32,209 bases of DNA from Candidatus Woesearchaeota archaeon (GCA_016185685.1 JACPNC010000023.1:1-32209); one strand, 5' to 3'; positions 15,265-23,514 are shown, counted from the first letter of the stretch. The notes: generated by a model from the letters alone, not told the origin. Numbers and translations are program-made.

Positions 15265-17077
15265 TACCCACAAATCCATCGGAGAAGAGCAATCCGGACA
15301 TAACTCCGGGGTAGATCACAGCAGGTATCAACATCACCCCAAGTCTCTCAAGTCTTGTCTGCGAGGAAGATCACCTATTTCTCTGAAAAATTTTTGCGCA
15401 GAGTATGGCATCCACTACAAAACTGTTGGAAAATTGGTTGTCGCTATGAACGACGCGCAGGTTTTGGAACTGCTAAAATATAGAGAAAATGCAGATGCCG
15501 CAGGCAGGGAAACAGGAATTTCTATCACCACAGAAATTCTTAGCAAGGGAGATGTAAAAAAATTAGAACCCAATATTTATTGTGAAGCAGCATTGCACAC
15601 TCCAAATACAGGAATTGTAGATGCCGCGGCATATGTTAGAACTCTTGCTGATCTTGCTGAACAGCAGGGAGTTAATCTCCTTAAAAACGCGCCCGTTACT
15701 AATGTAAAGCAAGATGGCAGTGGTTTTATCTTGCAAGTAAAACAGGGAGAACAAGAATACGAATTTCATGCGGAGGTAGTTATTAATGCCGCAGGACTTT
15801 ATGGAGATACTATCGCTAAAATGGTGAATCCAGAATTTCCTTACACTATTCGTCCTTTGCGTGGAGAATACATGAAATTCAACACTCGCGCGCGCGCAGA
15901 ATTAAGCATGAGCGGCAAATGCGTGTATCCCGTACCTACGATTATTGAAGGAATGTTTGATGAATATGGTCAGGCAAAGAAAGCTGCAGGAAATCATCTT
16001 ACACCCATTTTTAATGCGGAAGGAAATATCAGTAATTGGGTGTGGGTGGGACCGTTGCATAAAGTTGTAGAGAGGAAAGACGACTATTGGACTGAGCGTA
16101 TGTCTGCAAAAGATTTTGTTTTGAATCTTCCCTTCTTTCCTCAACTCTTAGAAACAGATTTGCAAGAAGAACAAACAGGGATTCAAGTAAAAATTCCCGG
16201 ATATGATGATTGGATTATTCAGCGTGACTCTAAATATCCAAACTTAGTGCACTATATTGAAGATTCTCCCGGCATGAGCGGAAGTTTAGATTCTTCACAG
16301 TATTTAGTGGAAACTGTTCTCAAATATCTTTTTCAAAGCAGGGAATTGTTTGCAGATGATCTCAAAGTACATATCCCTCCTGATTTTGCTGAACAAATTG
16401 CTCCGCATCTTGAAGCATTTGAATACTTTTCAAAATTTCCCTACGAGTCATGGAAACCCAATCAAACACGGGTTGATTTCGTTACTCGTTACGCTTCCAG
16501 CGAACGCTTATTAGACATTGCCTGCGGTGGACACCCCGTAACAGCAGAGATACAAATTCCTTACAAAGCAGGGATGGACATTTCTCCCAAAGCAGCAGTA
16601 ATGGCAAAAGATACCTTTGATGACTTTTATTTATGCGATTTTTCAGCAACTACCACAGAATATCTCCAGCAATTAGGAACATTTGATACCATTGTTTGTT
16701 CAGAATTCTTGGAACACACTCGAGATTCTTCTGCAGTAATTCAAAAAATGCTGCCTCTTTTAAATCCTGATGGAAAATTAATTATCACTGTCCCTAGCGG
16801 AGAAAGTATGGCCATGCGCTTGGACAAATATCTTCACCATGGAGAATGGAAACGCTTTGAATGGTTCCACAAAACACACTTTAATCTTCTTTCTTTGCCA
16901 GAGTGGAAAGAAATATTTGTAGAAGCAAGATTAGTAGAGAAAGTTTTTGATTTCCGCCCTTCGGATTTGGTAGAAGGATTTCCTAAAGAGAATTTTCCTG
17001 GATGGAAGCAAGTGTGCGCGCTAGCGCCAAGATATTTAGGCCATCAGTATTTTTTTGTGTTGGAAAAGAAGAATTAG
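15167..17077 (+). CDS. Fusion protein: L-2-hydroxyglutarate oxidase/DAO-family FAD oxidoreductase-like domain (degenerate dinucleotide motif) plus a C-terminal class I SAM-dependent methyltransferase domain
   Basis: LhgO-like blocks are SGHNSGV, GKLVVA, NTGIVDAAAYVRTLA, VINAAGLYGDTIAKM and IRPLRGEYMKF. The N-terminal beta-alpha-beta reads VIVGLTIML instead of GxGxxG. MTase motif I is LLDIACGG, followed by IVCSEFLEH and LNPDGKLIITVP. The 5' 98 nt overlap the kinase gene. Confidence 0.7.
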   Translation: MKKTMILVIVGLTIMLRMVQTVLEEKDIPILTDTHKSIGEEQSGHNSGVDHSRYQHHPKSLKSCLRGRSPISLKNFCAEYGIHYKTVGKLVVAMNDAQVLELLKYRENADAAGRETGISITTEILSKGDVKKLEPNIYCEAALHTPNTGIVDAAAYVRTLADLAEQQGVNLLKNAPVTNVKQDGSGFILQVKQGEQEYEFHAEVVINAAGLYGDTIAKMVNPEFPYTIRPLRGEYMKFNTRARAELSMSGKCVYPVPTIIEGMFDEYGQAKKAAGNHLTPIFNAEGNISNWVWVGPLHKVVERKDDYWTERMSAKDFVLNLPFFPQLLETDLQEEQTGIQVKIPGYDDWIIQRDSKYPNLVHYIEDSPGMSGSLDSSQYLVETVLKYLFQSRELFADDLKVHIPPDFAEQIAPHLEAFEYFSKFPYESWKPNQTRVDFVTRYASSERLLDIACGGHPVTAEIQIPYKAGMDISPKAAVMAKDTFDDFYLCDFSATTTEYLQQLGTFDTIVCSEFLEHTRDSSAVIQKMLPLLNPDGKLIITVPSGESMAMRLDKYLHHGEWKRFEWFHKTHFNLLSLPEWKEIFVEARLVEKVFDFRPSDLVEGFPKENFPGWKQVCALAPRYLGHQYFFVLEKKN

Positions 17078-17168
17078 AAAGAAAATTAGGATAATCAATA
17101 CCCCCAACTCTCTTAAGATATAATCTATATTCACAACATTTTAATATTCATCCTCAATTTACAAAGCC

Positions 17169-17816
17169 GTGAAGAAAGACCACTCTAAAAATCCAATTAA
17201 TACTATCCGTCAAGGTAACGGGCAATGGGATTTCACAAATTTCATGCCACGAATTTCTGAGCCAGAAACTCCAAAAGATAAATTCACCCAAGCATTTCAC
17301 TCATTAGATCATGCCCTCCGCAATAACGAAATACGAGAGAAAACACGCCTTCCCTACTACATCCATACCCAAGAAGAAAAACAAGGAATTTTTCGCATAG
17401 GTGAAAGAGAAATAAATGTACGCGAATGCCCATTTGAATTAGAAGGTCTTCCCGTTACACCTCATCAAAAAGAATATATGCATAACTACACAAGAGAACT
17501 ACGAAAATTTGTTGAAAAAGCCATGTCTAGAAATTTTACACCTACCAATAGATATTTTGCAACGGTCACTCTTGAGCCAAATAATTTAGCCCACCCTTTA
17601 TATGTTGCTTTAGCTGCATCTATGGATTTTAACGGCTGGTGCAGTGGAGTGATAATTCCTTTGCAAGACATACATCAGCGAGTACTGTATCAGATAATAG
17701 ACGAAGACGATACAAGTAAGTTTGACAAAAAAGACATGTTAGGAACAGGATTCATGTATCTTGACAAAAAAAAAGAAATAGCTTTTCATGAAATCACTCC
17801 ATTAGAAATGCTTTAA
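17169..17816 (+). CDS. Hypothetical protein, paralog A of a tandem pair (GTG start)
   Basis: The 215-aa ORF shares blocks with the next gene: IR.GN..DFTNFMP..SE, QGIFRI, PF, FVEK, LYQI.D.D and G.GF.Y. Confidence 0.6.
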   Translation: MKKDHSKNPINTIRQGNGQWDFTNFMPRISEPETPKDKFTQAFHSLDHALRNNEIREKTRLPYYIHTQEEKQGIFRIGEREINVRECPFELEGLPVTPHQKEYMHNYTRELRKFVEKAMSRNFTPTNRYFATVTLEPNNLAHPLYVALAASMDFNGWCSGVIIPLQDIHQRVLYQIIDEDDTSKFDKKDMLGTGFMYLDKKKEIAFHEITPLEML

Positions 17817-17825
17817 ATTTCAAAA

Positions 17826-18476
17826 ATGACAGCTGACGATGAATTCATAAATGAAATCCGTTTAGGAAATTCCTATTACGATTTTACCAATTTTATGCCC
17901 AAATTTTCAGAACACAAATCAAATTCACTAAAACCAAATGATAGATTTGCTGATGCATTTTACCATTTAAGTCAAGCACTCCATCAAGCAGAAGAAAGAA
18001 GAAAAAAGTACTCTGTTTCAGAAAAACACCAAGAAAATATAACGTATCCTTTCGAAACAGGAGAAGAACAACAAGGCATTTTCAGAATAGAAGGACAGGC
18101 AGTTAATCTCTGCAAATTTCCGTTCACTACGGTGGGCATGATTTCACAAAATTCTCCTTACAATTTTCTATTCCCTTACACTAAATTCTTGGAAGCATTT
18201 GTAGAAAAATCATTCCAAAGAAAATACGAAGAAAGAGTAAATTATTATTCAGCAGTCAAAGTATACCATGGAGAGCTACCAGAGGTAATCGTTCCTAAAG
18301 CCGCCGATATTAGCTTTGATCGTATGTACCGTGCATGCTTAATTCAGCCAGCAAAAGGAAAAGAAAGAATTTTATATCAAATAACCGATGGAGATTACCA
18401 AGAAGTCTTCGGTGCCGGTTTTTTATATAAACATAAAGAAAAAAATCTCCAAATACAAGAGATAAAGAGACTATAA
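17826..18476 (+). CDS. Hypothetical protein, paralog B of a tandem pair
   Basis: The 216-aa ORF starts 9 nt after paralog A and is colinear with it, at roughly 30% identity by eye. Confidence 0.6.
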   Translation: MTADDEFINEIRLGNSYYDFTNFMPKFSEHKSNSLKPNDRFADAFYHLSQALHQAEERRKKYSVSEKHQENITYPFETGEEQQGIFRIEGQAVNLCKFPFTTVGMISQNSPYNFLFPYTKFLEAFVEKSFQRKYEERVNYYSAVKVYHGELPEVIVPKAADISFDRMYRACLIQPAKGKERILYQITDGDYQEVFGAGFLYKHKEKNLQIQEIKRL

Positions 18477-18651
18477 AAAAAATCTATTTTTTATCCTGAA
18501 AAAAGCGAGATACATCTATCGCATTCAAGATAAGCTTTTATTCAAGAAAAACCCCTGTTCTGAACTATATATCTGTACTCTACTATAACAATGCTTAAAT
18601 ACCCTCTTTTCCAGCATATTCTCAGTAGAAAAAATAATAAAATAAACTAAA

Positions 18652-18822
18652 ATGGTAACTATCCGTACACAAGTAAAAGATCTTTTAAAACAGTTAGGAG
18701 TAGATAATATGTCCGGCGATTTCCAGAATAAGTTGGATGAAAAAGTGAAACAAGTACTTCTTGATGCCTGTAAGCGCGCGCAAGAAAATGGCAGAAGGAC
18801 AGTGATGGGAAGAGACATTTGA
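18652..18822 (+). CDS. Small (56 aa) histone-fold-like protein (DUF1931-like); below the ORF-track size cutoff
   Basis: ATG 18652 to TGA 18820-18822 encodes MVTIRTQVKDLLKQLGVDNMSGDFQNKLDEKVKQVLLDACKRAQENGRRTVMGRDI. The ending ..A..RA..NGR+TV...DI is characteristic of histone-fold proteins. An A/T-rich box (aaaataataaaata) lies about 10-20 nt upstream. Confidence 0.55.
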   Translation: MVTIRTQVKDLLKQLGVDNMSGDFQNKLDEKVKQVLLDACKRAQENGRRTVMGRDI

Positions 18823-18834
18823 TTTCTTTTAAAC

Positions 18835-19545
18835 CTATCTCAATTCCCCATTAAATAATTGACACAAATACATTACTTCCCGTTCTAAATCTAACTGCTG
18901 GCAAACTTTTTCCGGCCAATACTCACAACTTTCATTTAAAGCCCATTCTGTCGTAACATACTTTTTAAAATCTGCTTGAGTAAGATGTCGAGAAGCTACA
19001 TCTTCCAAAGTGCCATAAACACTCATAGTAATCTCCGGATAATAAATACCAATCATTAACCCATTTCTTACTGGTTGTAAAAAACTGGTCCGGGAATTGC
19101 TTACTCCTTTTTCCAAATCCACCCTATCCTGCTTCACTGCTGAATTATGTTGCTCATAACATTTCTCATCAAGTGAATTCCTAGCGACTATAAATAAGAT
19201 TGTTTTTTTTTCTGCTCCTTTTTCAATTTCAAAAGAGATCATTTTTTCATGACACGCTTCACGATTTTCGCCATTTGGCCGTAAGAGAGTTCCTTCAGTG
19301 ATGATGACATAATGAATAAATCCTACTTTTTGCTGAAAATTAAGTTCGGAGCAGAAGTATGGCGGAGATTGTTCTTTTTCATGCGGAATATTTTGTTCAG
19401 GAAATTCTTCTTGTTGAAGACCAGAGAGAGAAGGTTGTTTTTCTGAAAGATACTCTTTATTCTGAGAACACGCTCCAAGACTTACAGCCAAAGCCAAACT
19501 TAAAAAAGTGTTATTGACCATTTTTGTGATTAAATTCAAAATCAT
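18835..19545 (-). CDS. Putative secreted lipoprotein, function unknown
   Basis: The N-terminal signal with a lipobox-like sequence is FLSLALAVSLGAC. The alternative start Met9 (19521) fits the TATA-like tttataaa at 19546-19553 better, implying a leaderless mRNA. Confidence 0.6.
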   Translation of the reverse strand: MILNLITKMVNNTFLSLALAVSLGACSQNKEYLSEKQPSLSGLQQEEFPEQNIPHEKEQSPPYFCSELNFQQKVGFIHYVIITEGTLLRPNGENREACHEKMISFEIEKGAEKKTILFIVARNSLDEKCYEQHNSAVKQDRVDLEKGVSNSRTSFLQPVRNGLMIGIYYPEITMSVYGTLEDVASRHLTQADFKKYVTTEWALNESCEYWPEKVCQQLDLEREVMYLCQLFNGELR

Positions 19546-19653
19546 TTATAAAGTCGCCTTTTGTACTTCATACCAAAATACCATAAATCCCGAACAAATA
19601 ATGTTATTTTGGATACATGAAATTAAAGAAATAGTACAAATAAGTTCAACAAG

Positions 19654-19663
19654 AATATAAATA
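19654..19663 (+). promoter_or_regulatory. TATA-box-like element upstream of the HD-domain gene
   Basis: aatataaata lies 24-33 nt upstream of ATG 19687 and shares atataaataag with the 12001 box. Confidence 0.4.
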
Positions 19664-19686
19664 AGAGAACACATTTTCTAATTCTT

Positions 19687-20403
19687 ATGAAAAGTAAAGA
19701 ACACTCTGCCTTACCAGACTGGAATGACCCTACTCTTGAAGATAAATTAACTTCTGCTTATAAGATTACATCAATCAGCGAAAAAGAAAAAAAGATTGTC
19801 CAAGAACTTCTTGCGCCGCTGAAAGAAACACACCCCATTACCGCATTTCACTATCAACATAGCATAAGGGTAGGCCTCTATGCTCAAAAAATTGCCTCTT
19901 GGCTCCATCTTGATCAAAGAGAACTTTTTCTAGGTGGATTACTGCACGATATCGGAAAATCCTGCGTTCCGCTGGAACTACTTGCAAAGACAGACCTTCG
20001 CTTGAATAATAAAAACAGCAGATGGACTGCGAAAGATAAAAAAAGAATGGAAGTACATGTGATGGAAGGATATCACAGGATAAAAGAAAAAGCACAAGAA
20101 TATCTTCCGTTAGAGATTATTGCTGATATCGTCGTGCGACATCATCGCTATCAACCCAATCCGTATCCTGAGCAACTTCCACCATTTCCCCATCAGTACA
20201 ATAATGATACAAAAGAAAGAATTCAACTCTACGCGCAATTAGTTGCTTTAGCAGATAAATACGACGCACTGCATCGTATCACTAAAATCCCTCCTTTTAC
20301 TGCAGAAGAGATAAAAGAGAAAATGCATCATCTTACTCCAGAAACAAGGCTTTTAGTAGACGCATTGTATCAAGTACGGGAATTTAAATCATTTTTACAT
20401 TGA
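19687..20403 (+). CDS. HD-GYP-like HD-domain phosphohydrolase
   Basis: The sequence H..R.. ...LFLGGLLHDIGKSCVPLELLAK....W...E...M..H...G...... IVVRHHRYQPNPYP follows the HD-GYP layout (HDIGK, HHE..DGSGYP), but the GYP region is degenerate (NPYP). Confidence 0.7.
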   Translation: MKSKEHSALPDWNDPTLEDKLTSAYKITSISEKEKKIVQELLAPLKETHPITAFHYQHSIRVGLYAQKIASWLHLDQRELFLGGLLHDIGKSCVPLELLAKTDLRLNNKNSRWTAKDKKRMEVHVMEGYHRIKEKAQEYLPLEIIADIVVRHHRYQPNPYPEQLPPFPHQYNNDTKERIQLYAQLVALADKYDALHRITKIPPFTAEEIKEKMHHLTPETRLLVDALYQVREFKSFLH

Positions 20404-20860
20404 ATTCATCATTCTTATATCGTTTTAAAACAATATGTTCTGCCCAATCTGTCACGGGAATTTCTAAGAACATTTTCTTATTAAGAAATTCTTCAAAATG
20501 CTCATTGTCATTAAAAAAACCGATACAAACAATAGAATATTCACCAGAACATCGGTAAACTTTTGTAAACTCGTGGTAGTCTGACAATTTTTTCAAAGAA
20601 GAGGCAAGCGAATCAGGTCTTACATTAATAGAAAAGACAACCTGAATATTCTTTCCAAAGCGTGATGAAGATAATTTAGGATAGTATCCTTTAAGGTATC
20701 CCCTTATCTTTAGACGTTCCATTCTGTAACGGATTGCATTTTCAGTAAGTTTTAATTGCCTTGCTACCGTAGCGATTGGAACTCTCGCATCAACATCTAA
20801 CATCCGCAAAAAAGCAAGGTCTTTTTTATCCAATTTTTTATCCGATTTTTTATTCATCAT
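20384..20860 (-). CDS. Lrp/AsnC family transcriptional regulator
   Basis: An N-terminal wHTH (LDKKDLAFLRMLDVDARVPIATVARQLKLTENAIRYRMERLKIRGYL) is followed by a C-terminal RAM-like alpha/beta domain. The 3' end overlaps the convergent HD gene by 20 nt. Confidence 0.85.
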   Translation of the reverse strand: MMNKKSDKKLDKKDLAFLRMLDVDARVPIATVARQLKLTENAIRYRMERLKIRGYLKGYYPKLSSSRFGKNIQVVFSINVRPDSLASSLKKLSDYHEFTKVYRCSGEYSIVCIGFFNDNEHFEEFLNKKMFLEIPVTDWAEHIVLKRYKNDEFNVKMI

Positions 20861-21017
20861 TTAAGATAATATACTTTCTTTTAAATATTTTTCTGATTCA
20901 TCAATGGCATTGTTTATTTATTTCATTTTCATCAAGAAGCGTTAATATACCGTCCACTCCCACATTTTATTATGATTCAAAATATAAGATGATGCAAAAT
21001 ATAAGATGGTTTGATAT

Positions 21018-21797
21018 ATGAAAAACATACACCCCCATTTCTCAAAAATTGCTCACAGGTACAGGAATTTAAGAACGACCGATGTAGAACCAATTCTCTT
21101 TATTAAGAAGAAGCTGCAAAAGAATCAAAAAATAGTGGCCGTAGATATTGGTTGCGGAGCAGGCAGATACGATTTAAAGCTGTTCCAATATCTCGGTAAA
21201 AAAATATTTCTCTATTGTTGTGATGCAAATCTGGCGATGCTAAAAGAATTAAAAAAATTTTTAGAAAAACATGAGATTCGGAATTTCAAAACAATAAAAA
21301 CGCTTGCAAATAAAATACCGCTTAAAAATAATTCTTTAGACTGCATATTTACATTTAATGCCATTCATCATTTTGAAGTTTCCCAATTCTTGAGAAAGTC
21401 TTCATCTATCCTCAAAAAAGGAGGGTACTTATTTATTTATACACGATTGAAAAGCCAAAATCAAAGGAATATCTGGGGGAAATATTTTCCTCTTTTTAAT
21501 AAAAAAGAGACCAGACTTTATGGATTAAATGAACTAAAGAATTTGCTGAAGAAAACGCCGCTGTTAAAAATAAAAAATATAGAATATTTCAAGTATAACC
21601 GGCTCTCTTCGTTGGATCGGCTTCTAGAACAGGCACAGAAACACCACTACTCAACATTTTATTTATACAATAAAAAAGAATTTGAAAACTCAGTGGAGAG
21701 ATTTAAAAAAAATATTCAATTGAATTTTAAAAATTTAAATAAGATTAATTGGGTTGACGAAAATATCCTATTAGTTCTACAAAAGGAGGTAAACTAA
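21018..21797 (+). CDS. Class I SAM-dependent methyltransferase
   Basis: Motif I is VAVDIGCGAGRY. Post-I/II motifs are LYCCDAN and LDCIFTFNAIHHF, and motif III is LKKGGYLFIY. The protein is very Lys/Asn-rich. Confidence 0.8.
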   Translation: MKNIHPHFSKIAHRYRNLRTTDVEPILFIKKKLQKNQKIVAVDIGCGAGRYDLKLFQYLGKKIFLYCCDANLAMLKELKKFLEKHEIRNFKTIKTLANKIPLKNNSLDCIFTFNAIHHFEVSQFLRKSSSILKKGGYLFIYTRLKSQNQRNIWGKYFPLFNKKETRLYGLNELKNLLKKTPLLKIKNIEYFKYNRLSSLDRLLEQAQKHHYSTFYLYNKKEFENSVERFKKNIQLNFKNLNKINWVDENILLVLQKEVN

Positions 21798-21798
21798 C

Positions 21799-21897
21799 AT
21801 GGCAAAATGTGAAAAATGCGGTAAAGAGTTCCCAGAAGGTACCGAACATGTTTGTTCTTCATCAGAGGAACAAAAACCAGAAACGGGCACGTCTTAA
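21799..21897 (+). CDS. Possible 32-aa zinc-ribbon-like small protein (below the ORF-track cutoff)
   Basis: It encodes MAKCEKCGKEFPEGTEHVCSSSEEQKPETGTS. A strong GGAGG (21785-21789) lies 9 nt before the ATG, and the start is 1 nt after the MTase stop. The CxxC...HxC spacing supports a zinc-ribbon reading. Confidence 0.35.
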   Translation: MAKCEKCGKEFPEGTEHVCSSSEEQKPETGTS

Positions 21898-21946
21898 GAA
21901 AGAAAATCAACGCCTGAATATAAACTTTATTTTTTTTATTTTGTTT

Positions 21947-22762
21947 TCACTCTTCTTTCTTAATCCTCACTTTCGGTGGAGGAGGAACAGGAAATAATTG
22001 TTCTATCCCTTCATCTAACTTACCCTCAGAGGTCCCTGCTGAATGCGGTTCAAACATGAAAGTGTGCTTCACTGAAGGATTCACAGAAGGATTGACAGAA
22101 GGAACAGTACCGGAAGCCACTACTGGCGAATTATTCTCAGAAAATGATCCTAACGATGGTTCTTTTACCTCAGGATGTTTTTTCAGAAACAGTTGCAATT
22201 GCATTTCCCACTGTCGCATCTGCTGATCTAAAATATGAATTTTGCGTGGATCTTTTTCTAATAATTTCATAATTTCTAACTGCCGTTTTAATGCTTCTAA
22301 TTTTGTCCGTAATAATCGTGCTCGCTGCAAGCGAGAATGCACTCCTTTTTTTTGCATATTCTGCATCTGCATATTCTGCTGCGACATCAATTCACGGGCA
22401 ACTCCCCGTTTCGCTAAAGATTCTCCCAGTAAATGAACTAACTTGTCCACTCTTTTTGCCATATCTTTATCTGCCGCTGCAGAAAGTTTTTTCTTTAAAA
22501 GAGCAACTTCTTTTTTCAATGTTGTTATTTTAAGAGAATCTTGCTGTTTAATATGTTCTTCCATTTCCAACAGGCGGGAAACTTTATGTTCTAAATGGAG
22601 AATTTCTTTACGTAAACTTAACTTGGGAACTTTTTTCTGCGCTGAAAGATATTTAATCTCATTTAATTTCTTAGTGATTTCTATTCGAGAAAAAGTTTGC
22701 CTTTGCTTCTGATCAACTTTTGCAGCAGTTACTAAGAATTGAAATGCCTGAAGGGAAGTCAT
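21947..22762 (-). CDS. Coiled-coil protein with a proline-rich basic C-terminal tail, function unknown
   Basis: The 271-aa protein has long heptad-like K/E/L/Q-rich helices and a short repeat (VNPSVNPSV). The C-terminus reads LFPVPPPPKVRIKKEE. Confidence 0.55.
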   Translation of the reverse strand: MTSLQAFQFLVTAAKVDQKQRQTFSRIEITKKLNEIKYLSAQKKVPKLSLRKEILHLEHKVSRLLEMEEHIKQQDSLKITTLKKEVALLKKKLSAAADKDMAKRVDKLVHLLGESLAKRGVARELMSQQNMQMQNMQKKGVHSRLQRARLLRTKLEALKRQLEIMKLLEKDPRKIHILDQQMRQWEMQLQLFLKKHPEVKEPSLGSFSENNSPVVASGTVPSVNPSVNPSVKHTFMFEPHSAGTSEGKLDEGIEQLFPVPPPPKVRIKKEE

Positions 22763-22786
22763 GATAAATTTTTTCTCGCCCCCTTC

Positions 22787-23419
22787 CTAAAAAAGCCCTT
22801 TTCGTTTCATACCAGATGGAGGAGCAGGAGGGAGAGGCAAATCAGAAACAGGAGACAATGATGATCCTGAAAAAGAAGAAGAAGAAGACGAAGCCATAGG
22901 CATTCCAGAAAATCCTGAAGGCCCACCCATCGGTCGAGGAGCCATCCGCGGTCCTGGAAGAGAAGGCATACCCATTTGATGCTGCATTCCTTGCATTCCT
23001 CCAGCAGATGGCGGTGAATTTGGTGAAGAAAAACTTCCGGTTGAAGAATTAACCGATCCTGGGGAAGATCCTAAAGAAAATCCAGTTCCTCTCTTTCCTT
23101 GCATGAAATCGTCTAGTTTATCTGAAATAGTTAATAAAGCTCTGGCGATAGTCTCATTTTGCTGAACTACATTCTCTATCTTTTGCCGTAACCCGCTGAT
23201 TGTTTGACCAACATCCTCTCCTTTAGTTTGCTCAAGTGCTTTATGAAAAACTTCCTGAAGATCTCGTAATGAATCTTTCAGAGATTCCATTTCCAATACT
23301 AATTCTTGTGTTTTACTATCAGGTTGAGTAAGTTTCTTTTTCAACTCTTCAACATCATACTTTAAATCTTCCAGTAATTGGTGAGGGAGAACTTCATATT
23401 CATTATTTTCATCTGCCAT
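22787..23419 (-). CDS. Coiled-coil protein with a Gly/Ser/Pro/Met-rich low-complexity C-terminal half and a proline-rich basic tail
   Basis: About 110 aa of N-terminal helical sequence are followed by a disordered region. The tail reads DLPLPPAPPSGMKRKGLF. Start taken at the MADENN Met (23419); the ORF track starts 2 codons earlier (23425). Confidence 0.55.
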   Translation of the reverse strand: MADENNEYEVLPHQLLEDLKYDVEELKKKLTQPDSKTQELVLEMESLKDSLRDLQEVFHKALEQTKGEDVGQTISGLRQKIENVVQQNETIARALLTISDKLDDFMQGKRGTGFSLGSSPGSVNSSTGSFSSPNSPPSAGGMQGMQHQMGMPSLPGPRMAPRPMGGPSGFSGMPMASSSSSSFSGSSLSPVSDLPLPPAPPSGMKRKGLF

Positions 23420-23503
23420 ACACATTTCACCTTATTGTATTATAACTTAACATATTTTACTTTATCAATATTCACCTTATTTTTGAGAAAGGAAGCTTCT
23501 CTG

Positions 23504-23514
23504 CTATATAAATC
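23504..23514 (+). promoter_or_regulatory. TATA-box-like element upstream of the CYTH gene
   Basis: ctatataaatc lies about 35-45 nt upstream of ATG 23549, in the divergent intergenic region. Confidence 0.35.

Noticed and set aside
18525-18818. The 97-aa minus-strand ORF listed in the track
   Set aside because: It overlaps a plus-strand 56-aa ORF with a histone-fold-like signature and an upstream A/T box. The minus-strand product has no motif and a Ser/Phe/Cys-rich composition.
20776-21021. The 81-aa plus-strand ORF spanning the lrp 5' end and the intergenic region
   Set aside because: It overlaps the well-supported Lrp/AsnC N-terminus on the opposite strand and runs through promoter sequence. 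It is Phe/Ile/Tyr-rich.
22242-22712. Three plus-strand ORFs antisense to the coiled-coil gene
   Set aside because: They are antisense shadows of a K/E/L/Q-rich gene. They are short, mutually overlapping and without motifs.
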